From a virus (taxonomy: Duplodnaviria; Caudoviricetes), in IMG/VR virus record IMGVR_UViG_3300044701_003842, positions 1-32,485 of that record: a DNA stretch of 32,485 nucleotides. One strand, 5' to 3'. This document shows, piece by piece, positions 28,301 to 32,485 of the stretch; positions within the stretch are counted from its first letter, which is position 1, and the number at the start of each line of letters is the position of its first letter. The notes beneath the pieces were generated by a model. That model ran no database searches, was not told the DNA's origin, and saw only the letters and a program-made list of their open reading frames with translations. A program made the translations under genes and the position numbers.

Positions 28301-30368
28301 ATTTTTCTTTATCTAGATAAGTATTTTGAACGTTTGAATTGTAGATATTCAAATCTGGATAATTATCAAAAAGACCTTTTGATAATAACCTTGTTATAGA
28401 ATATCTTTCTAATTGAACAACTCTACCAAATTGATCTGGAGTTCCAACAGGACTGTCTAATCTTGCAACAATACTATTTTTTGAAGGAACAGATTTTACT
28501 ACTAAGAAATTATCTGGAATTTGGTCTATGTAAAAAGTATCTGATTTGTGAAAATTATGTTGATCAGCAAAAGTTAATCTATATGAATTATCTAAAATAT
28601 CTTCGACAAAAGCAGTATCTATATCATATGTAATTGGGATATTATATATCCAATTATTATCTTTTTTTCTACCAGATTCTTCTCCTAAAGATCTAACTCT
28701 AATTTTATTTCCAGATTCATAAAGGAATGTCTGCTCGTTCTGTTCAAAATTTGATAAAACACCAGATATTCTGACTTTTGCAATTTTATCGTTATTTTCT
28801 CCAGTGAAACCATATGCATATGTATCTGTAAATACTTCACTATTTGGATATATTGTATCTCTAATATTATCAATAATAGATCCTATAGTTTTACATCCCA
28901 AAAATTGATTAAGGGTTTTTGACTGATATGATATATTATAAATTAATTTTGTTTGAGTTTCTGGATCTATTGTATTAACAACCAAATTTCCAGAATTTGG
29001 GAATGAAACTGTACTATCAACTTCTATAGTTGTTGAATTTGGAAAAATAGTTTCAATTGAATATGTTTTAGGGTGAATAGAAAAACTACTAAAAAGAGTT
29101 CCTCTAAAATTAATATCTCTTTCATATCCATCATCAATACCAATTACATAATAAGTTCTGCCACTTCTTTCTATTCTTTCTACGGCAGATACTGTTCCTC
29201 TTGCATTTCTAATGAATCCAACATCATCCTGAAATAAAGTTCTATTTAAAAGATCTTCTGGATTCCCTTCAATTGGTTCTACTACTAAATTTCTTAAAAC
29301 TTTATATTGAGCATCTGAAGGTTCAAGCAAAAAGTCTCTTGGAGTAATTACAGATACCTTTTCTCCATACAAAACTGAAAATAAAATTTTAAAAGAACCT
29401 TCTGTTCCCTTCGATGAATAAAAATCTTTTGATTGCTTTATAAAAATAGATTCATTTAAATCTGGATTTAAATCTCTATTTTCAAATCCAGGTAAAAATT
29501 GATATTTTATTTTTTGTAGGAATTTCTTTAGAAAAATAGAATTTAAATTTATTACTTCAGATCTTACAAAATGTTCTGCAGATAAAGTTTCTTCAAAAAT
29601 TAATTCATCTTCAGTATCTTTTCCTAATGATGTAGTGCCACTAAATCCTCTAATGCAGTTTAAAAGTTTAATTCCAATATATTCTTCACCATCTACATTA
29701 ATAGTTGAGACATTTTCATCTACATCTTTAAATAAAATTATTTCATTATTAATTTGAATTAGACCATATTTTATTGGTAATGATTTTTTGTTATTTGCCT
29801 TTGAATAAATTACAATTTGATTTTGATCTGATTTGATTGTACTTTTAACAATCAATGAGACGCCGTTGGAATTTATTACATTTTTATCATTTATTCCAAT
29901 AGTACTATCATTCAAAAAGAATTCATATTCTGGATTATTAGAATCTAAAGTAATTGAAAATCTTCTTCCAGCAAATCCATATGTATTAAAATCAATCAGA
30001 TCACTCAACTCTGAAGAAAACTCTTGGTATGGAATAATATCAACAAAATCCCCATTAATTAAATTATGAGGTGTTTTTGTTTTTATTTTAACTACAGATT
30101 CATTATTTGATAACGTAGTTGCATTTTTAATTACAGATTCTACAATGTAAGAATCATTATAAAGATAAAAAACATCCGCAATATTACTAAGAGAATCTAA
30201 TTTGATATAATCGTTTATATTTGATATTATATCAGAAGGTCCAAAGTTAGTTTCAGTATATCTATAGTATTCCTTTAAAAACTCAGGTAATAGAGGATAT
30301 TCTACTCTTACGAATTCAGGAAGCTGATACTCTACAATAGAGCTTACTTTTACATTCGTTTTTTTCAT
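19383..30368 (-). CDS. gp7: Baseplate wedge initiator gp7, giant cyanophage type (3661 aa)
   Basis: N-terminal QLPEFV...FLKEYY. KDFYSSKGTEGSFKILFSVLYGE (~29365-29445) and DNDYYQYFSYALKS...KW...LNHTAGFKRF (~21875-22003) correspond to conserved T4 gp7 blocks. It directly follows gp6. Confidence 0.87.
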   Translation of the reverse strand: MKKTNVKVSSIVEYQLPEFVRVEYPLLPEFLKEYYRYTETNFGPSDIISNINDYIKLDSLSNIADVFYLYNDSYIVESVIKNATTLSNNESVVKIKTKTPHNLINGDFVDIIPYQEFSSELSDLIDFNTYGFAGRRFSITLDSNNPEYEFFLNDSTIGINDKNVINSNGVSLIVKSTIKSDQNQIVIYSKANNKKSLPIKYGLIQINNEIILFKDVDENVSTINVDGEEYIGIKLLNCIRGFSGTTSLGKDTEDELIFEETLSAEHFVRSEVINLNSIFLKKFLQKIKYQFLPGFENRDLNPDLNESIFIKQSKDFYSSKGTEGSFKILFSVLYGEKVSVITPRDFLLEPSDAQYKVLRNLVVEPIEGNPEDLLNRTLFQDDVGFIRNARGTVSAVERIERSGRTYYVIGIDDGYERDINFRGTLFSSFSIHPKTYSIETIFPNSTTIEVDSTVSFPNSGNLVVNTIDPETQTKLIYNISYQSKTLNQFLGCKTIGSIIDNIRDTIYPNSEVFTDTYAYGFTGENNDKIAKVRISGVLSNFEQNEQTFLYESGNKIRVRSLGEESGRKKDNNWIYNIPITYDIDTAFVEDILDNSYRLTFADQHNFHKSDTFYIDQIPDNFLVVKSVPSKNSIVARLDSPVGTPDQFGRVVQLERYSITRLLSKGLFDNYPDLNIYNSNVQNTYLDKEKSLYIASPSLPSYSDISGGPSPLDIRDGSISGKFFFGKEFINNGQSDKLYSDGSIDYSYFTTYALDATNNLIVVNHGFFTGDEVVFRSEDPRNAPFPDGIYYVKEFRSEGDPYGIKLSSSRSNILNEKYVSPKIFPPSTVPSITIADCSIQYYSFSKIDFKSLDNFKPQIIGPQNIIRKISDPIQDTVVYDTLPGTTGIFLNGVEILNYKSQNSIFYGPIESVDVVSSGFGYDVINPPEFLIEDFGGAIVKYNAKSSIPLLYNDSPIKFGSVGGTIITYGGIGGEEIKLGERFLLLGKNKLYINQTGGNTLRINGLIVTVGGSGGTALSLGGEQGIDIRISDDFLTLGTLGSGCEIYPSINGKLEKVNIIYQGFNYIGTPKISIRGGGGTGALVEPIMESFEYEAPFYPQVGSMNIGNNTIGFATYHNFENYEEVIYISGISTTIYGLENRSRYIVYVEDEKTVKLYKSKEDAFVGISTVDIKAYSTGVHFLKSSKNKSRIGAVNVLSSGSGYKNKKTSTTPSNVNLVTNVITIPKHGYSSGDLIVHYSSGNLIGGISTNTSYYVTRIDDDNIKLSEIYTDQSYFEAPQDFLYQTKQYLNLTSVGTGIHYFNYDPIVISVQGFIGVSTSAGQDLNAKLQPVFRGEVDKIFVSNKGSGYGSPDILNYAKQPALNVVKGKNGQLIPIISSKDGSIVEVLVTNQGKNYVSIPDIIVRGDGNGAVLTPILKDGKIIEIKVIYGGLNYRQENTTIDIIDRGEGVKISTNIKTWRINLLKRYRLTNRETNDGGFVYSGLNSEYGLQYTHIYLPNKFRELIYNDYFEDKSTVVDIEADRSLEKRHSPIVGWAYDGNPIYGPYGYENAESGVIRALRSGYSLFEGLERVDGPPLSLYPNGFFVEDYEYKVVNSGDLDESNGRYCKTPEFPNGTYAYFCTIDTTQPLQDGFGYPSAFPYVIGNKYKSKPIEFNFDAKSNQNDIDINKTGWYRNTSPYNINGSKNSRYQYLLIPNKIKDPISQIKYASYGEIEFVDVVVGGQDYKIGDKIKFENGDIIGQNATAEVSEISGVDVRSVSVARSTFENVEFGKFGNGTELIGFTNTPHGYTSGDIVSISTPIERVVFKDINFYVNNLFLTKSVRLQSQTGIITYFEVSGDLNYPTIRENDIYYIVDPGSTSNSREEIKILNIDKKNNIVRVSRSNNGYVGLATYPSGTRLTEKSRKFNSNLGIQTYYNFNVNYDYYFDATEVVGLGTKFGTGITSTIYFNYPKSGITSLSIPTRTIYLKDHGFNTNDPLKYSSDGFISVSRSNNISNTFIVPQNSIVYAIKINDDLIGISTGKVGFGSTGILSSIGTNIDPLLCFNYAEGNCKFKTLKQNVLTAKVSQSIVTVSTSSTHGLLNNDVVDIKINPLNTKTVFIEYNNQARILIANPIEFQDTDVNLDENLFSINNHQYKTGDKVLYKSETPILGLEDNEIYYVVVTDRNNFGLCNSLFESKQEFPKFLSLNSSTDGKFYQINPEIQVIKGQNVVFDISHNSLSFTQGSSTQRIPSFTFDLYQDSNFNHKYISSGKTNIFDVSKTGIIGTSGAKLTLIISADTPSSLFYKLTPLNINGNPPEKLGIFIDSEQSNNNKITVTSSKYDGKYPIFDPIERDPTLPPFEFSEFKYQIPRDPESEFYDNENSIISYNTISKNAFGSIVKASVKNKGRYFYRLPTNTLIKSSNGTGAIVSANSTNIGQIKSVNIKDIGFDYPSDLSIRAIAKLPTIYKVEPLYSIEKITIISNGINYLTAPNIDVIDAKTKELITDLVLSYNLGDNFVTIVRNTKNLSNVVPRLVPVNNSNGIPLLLNQGNPIILNLNTNSEPEEVQLANDFAQLDLEDPDIDSLYSNLLSASPTRVQSLPLTNLPTIQVFLKTEYSSILDFPFELGDFVFIEDVITKEETNGGSSKGFNSDANGYSFYKIVKVDPNIGGSGASITLDFDGYVDENVQDPENSDSYKVDEILSEASRVVPVKYFPIYSVVLQKNNFIQDEELITEDGTSIGIVEQWDSSNDYLKIAETVVFNVGDTIIGQTSKTKAILLKKIDFDAGYNISDSSVVSIGWDLDTGKLNFDLQRIHDNDYYQYFSYALKSKVPIDKWNDDVGSLNHTAGFKRFSELELESTPINYSGITTSQEAISFGISDIISEVSVNCVYDFDLVREVTFGNPLKSNEIIFNSRILQDYIESISNRVLYIDDISRNFNALPRETNFSVVARSDSTKIRSKKSFFYIQDRRFTDDRQMQILTTIHDDENVYVGQYGRLETKYDMAYFESVIIGDSQVLQFYPARDEVNNFLIDFVVFELTDDPTELEEVSFGDISYVYNQIGVLTSGTNQGVGTTVVGIGSTYRSSKILLQVSSENRDYFEFNEISVIHDDSGNVALSEYGELTTSNLENETVLGICSYSSEMSSDGTTLNIIMTPYENLTQSYDIKTITTSVSNEIISSTPSSLSFETGQVTSFTISGISTEIPEPIVATQFSQQYKCSYMFVNVIGIQTGLITPYNVGIRDHGVSDWYAFEDTTVRYSAIYPETQIFEVTPEGYVSTILTTSSTNPQSGSIGITSGYRYFGSKGVHFMSEGSQHSIAPVSYASTTFGHFIADRGFTPGITTFFVYSPFESTEVRLYDNSPNGIAGIASTSIFLNSYQSGIITTSSLSSWVFFDSDSPVIMTVLGPGAPNGNDKAILSPSITGIGTINYKYYPNSLIIPSTERQRTAYNTFPSGSSAGITTSGVYDSLPVIAIRQSDGAGSDLVHGILLDNLSDTYSWGNTLSDYVIAAPYPNTYVNVSYWNGSLWILGESHDLSGGTFDNPKITQRDGTTGFGTWGAFMDGLAVNLGSGSTIWKFESNQPFALIVNDTDNDEEVLLGFSSARSIRPINKEYKASEIQLTSNTVNSYISEYGVVKISPSVGIGTVGTGSFSSRLIGGNTQLLFTPSPLIEYTINAFQINVGRL
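25438..25795 (-). other. YHYH-family-like domain block within gp7
   Basis: HSPIVGWAYDGNPIYGPYGY...EDYEY...GDLDESNGRYCKTPEFPNGTYAYFCT...FPYVIG matches the YHYH (PF14240) pattern, with YAYF in place of YHYH. Confidence 0.75.
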
Positions 30369-30369
30369 A

Positions 30370-32268
30370 TTAATTTCTTACTATTTGGTTTCTATTGGAA
30401 TAACTAGATGAAAACTTGAATATTGAACCAGAAGTATCGGATCCAGAACTGATTGTATCTGGTATTACATTTATGACTGATGATGCAACATCTAATTGCA
30501 AATAAAGATCTTGCAATCCAATTATATCATTAGATTTTGGTCTTAATGACAATTCGACAATATTTTCGCTTCCAATTGTTTTACTGGTTTGAATAATATT
30601 TATTGGATATAAAAGGATCTCTCCTTTTATATAATCAATTTCTCCAGCATTTTTTCTCACTACAATAGGTGTTTTTTCTTCTGATAATTTAAATAAAATC
30701 AATTTTCCTTTTTTTAAATCTGAATTTGGAATGTCTGTAATATAGACAATATCAGAGACTCCAGGAACTTTAAATCCAGAAGATTTTAAATTATATCCTT
30801 TTTCGCATTCAATAAAAAATTCATTTCCATAACATATCTCATATCCAGCAAATTGATTCAATGCTGCTCTAAGATCTCTGCGAATTGAAATGGTAGTAAT
30901 ATTTGATGTTATGGATTCGTTCGTTCTATCAATAATACTAATAAATTTACTATATTTAAATCTAGCACCATACTGATTGAGATCCTTAGATTTTCTATAC
31001 CTATCAATATTTTCTCCAACTAATGTTTGAAGATCGGAAGGACTTCCAAATCTATTTGTATCGTAGTAAACACTGGTATCAAATTCAACGTAAAGATATT
31101 TAAGGTCTAAAACTTCTGGAACTATTCCAGCAACCGTATATTTACGGAGTTCCCTCACTATATTTTGCTTTACGAAATTTGGTATGAATTGTCCATTTAG
31201 TGGTTTAATAGTAATAAAAACTTTTCCATACTGAGGTGGATTTAAAACTTCCCCACCAAACACTGATATCGATTCTGTCTCTGGATAAATTTGAGGAACA
31301 AGAACTTCATAATCATTAGCAGTTACGGCTCTATACTGAGAAGCATAAATTCTTGGAGCATAATTTCTAATAGAATTTACACTTTCAATTTCTTTTCCAT
31401 TTCTAGATCTTGCAATAGTTGATGCAGCAGAAAAATCACTAGTAACTAATGCACCATTATTTGTAAACGTTCTTCCAGAATATGTAAATACATCAATTCC
31501 ATTTGCAACATCACCATTAGATACACAATAAGAAACTTCTACTAAACTATTATTTTCAAGTTTAGTTCCAAATACTCCATCTCCAAAAATTAATTCATAT
31601 CTTTGATCAGAAACTTCTTGAATGAAAAATATTTTTGAAGTTGGTTTAACATCAAATAAACTATTTGCTAAATTATATTTTCTTGATAATGATCTATCAC
31701 TTCCATCTCTTACATTTACTCTTATTGTAGAGGTATCAACATTTATATTTCCTAATATAATTTTTTGATTTGGATTATTATAGTTAATTTCAAAAACTTC
31801 ATTTACATAAGTCCCTTCTATAAGTTCAAGTTCTTCAAATGTCGAAATATCATTTATAACTGGTTTTGTAATATCATCCAAAATATTAAAAGTATATCCA
31901 CCTCCAGTAAAAGCCAAACCTTTCTTTAAAGTCAACGACACTGGTTTGTTTCCAGTTACGGAATTGGTATCCACAAAGAAGGAAATATTTGCTCTTGCTG
32001 ATGTTCTAGACCTTGGAACGTATCCAATATTTCTTGCAAGTGCAACAATGTTCTCTCTAAGAGTCGCACTATCAATAAAGACCTCATTGCTAATCATATT
32101 AGCATTGTATGAGGTTATATACGTATTATATGCTAGGACATCAACAACTGTTGACAGTGCCGATCCCTCAAAATCATAATCAGTAAAGTTTGAGTTTGAT
32201 CTTAGATATTCTTTGATCGAAACTTTTATTTGATCAAAATCTATATTTGAAAAATTTACTAGTGCCAT
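30370..32268 (-). CDS. gp6: Baseplate wedge subunit gp6
   Basis: DFDQIK...FTDYDFEGSALS...DVLAYNT...EVFIDSATLRENIVALARNIGYVPRS, FGDGVFG, QYRAVTANDY and PPQYGKVFITIKP. The length (632 aa) is typical. Confidence 0.95.
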   Translation of the reverse strand: MALVNFSNIDFDQIKVSIKEYLRSNSNFTDYDFEGSALSTVVDVLAYNTYITSYNANMISNEVFIDSATLRENIVALARNIGYVPRSRTSARANISFFVDTNSVTGNKPVSLTLKKGLAFTGGGYTFNILDDITKPVINDISTFEELELIEGTYVNEVFEINYNNPNQKIILGNINVDTSTIRVNVRDGSDRSLSRKYNLANSLFDVKPTSKIFFIQEVSDQRYELIFGDGVFGTKLENNSLVEVSYCVSNGDVANGIDVFTYSGRTFTNNGALVTSDFSAASTIARSRNGKEIESVNSIRNYAPRIYASQYRAVTANDYEVLVPQIYPETESISVFGGEVLNPPQYGKVFITIKPLNGQFIPNFVKQNIVRELRKYTVAGIVPEVLDLKYLYVEFDTSVYYDTNRFGSPSDLQTLVGENIDRYRKSKDLNQYGARFKYSKFISIIDRTNESITSNITTISIRRDLRAALNQFAGYEICYGNEFFIECEKGYNLKSSGFKVPGVSDIVYITDIPNSDLKKGKLILFKLSEEKTPIVVRKNAGEIDYIKGEILLYPINIIQTSKTIGSENIVELSLRPKSNDIIGLQDLYLQLDVASSVINVIPDTISSGSDTSGSIFKFSSSYSNRNQIVRN

Positions 32269-32485
32269 TTATCGATTTGGCTGAAGTGCAAATGATATTT
32301 CTTGTGGTGCTATATCTAATCCAATAATATCGTATTTAATAGTCACATTAAATTCCAATGCTTCATAGTCATTTTCTACTTGTACACTATCTACCTTTAT
32401 TCTTGGTTCATAAAGAGAAAGTGTTGTTTCTATTTGAGATTGGATCTCAGTAGAGGTTAAGACATCAAATTGCTCAAAAACGACT
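32269..32485 (-). CDS. gp25: Baseplate wedge subunit gp25 (GPW/gp25 family), truncated at its 5' end by the window edge
   Basis: Translated by hand: VVFEQFDVLTSTEIQSQIETTLSLYEPRIKVDSVQVENDYEALEFNVTIKYDIIGLDIAPQEISFALQPNR*. It has the YEPRI motif, and its TAA abuts the gp6 ATG. Confidence 0.88.
   Translation of the reverse strand, partial: VVFEQFDVLTSTEIQSQIETTLSLYEPRIKVDSVQVENDYEALEFNVTIKYDIIGLDIAPQEISFALQPNR

Noticed and set aside
1053-30368. Inteins or homing endonucleases explaining the giant ORF sizes
   Set aside because: I recognised no intein splice-junction blocks or LAGLIDADG/HNH/GIY-YIG motifs. The inserts are beta-rich structural modules.
1489-32179. Short plus-strand ORFs (61-103 aa) and the minus-strand alternate-frame ORF 28685-28873
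   Set aside because: All lie entirely within long conserved genes, many rely on alternative starts, and none has a recognisable motif. They are shadow ORFs.

Overview
AT-rich (roughly 30% GC by eye), densely packed late structural operon of a T4-like myovirus, most similar in organisation to T4-like cyanophages. All genes are on the minus strand, in the order gp25 (partial), gp6, gp7 (3661 aa), a 2765-aa virion protein that looks like the detached C-terminal part of gp7, gp8, a 2803-aa DUF4815/VrlC-like virion protein, a 79-aa coiled-coil protein and gp13 (partial). ATAAATA late-promoter cores precede gp8 and gp13. I saw no RNA genes, mobile elements, CRISPR arrays or defence systems. The main interest is the architecture of the three giant baseplate proteins. 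They show nested ('Russian-doll') domain insertions up to about four levels deep, two complete seven-blade FG-GAP beta-propellers, an in-frame apparent fission of gp7, an IgGFc-binding-like insert and a strongly Arg/Trp-rich segment. Family assignments and comparisons to homologues come from recalled motifs, not database searches. Sub-gene coordinates are approximate.
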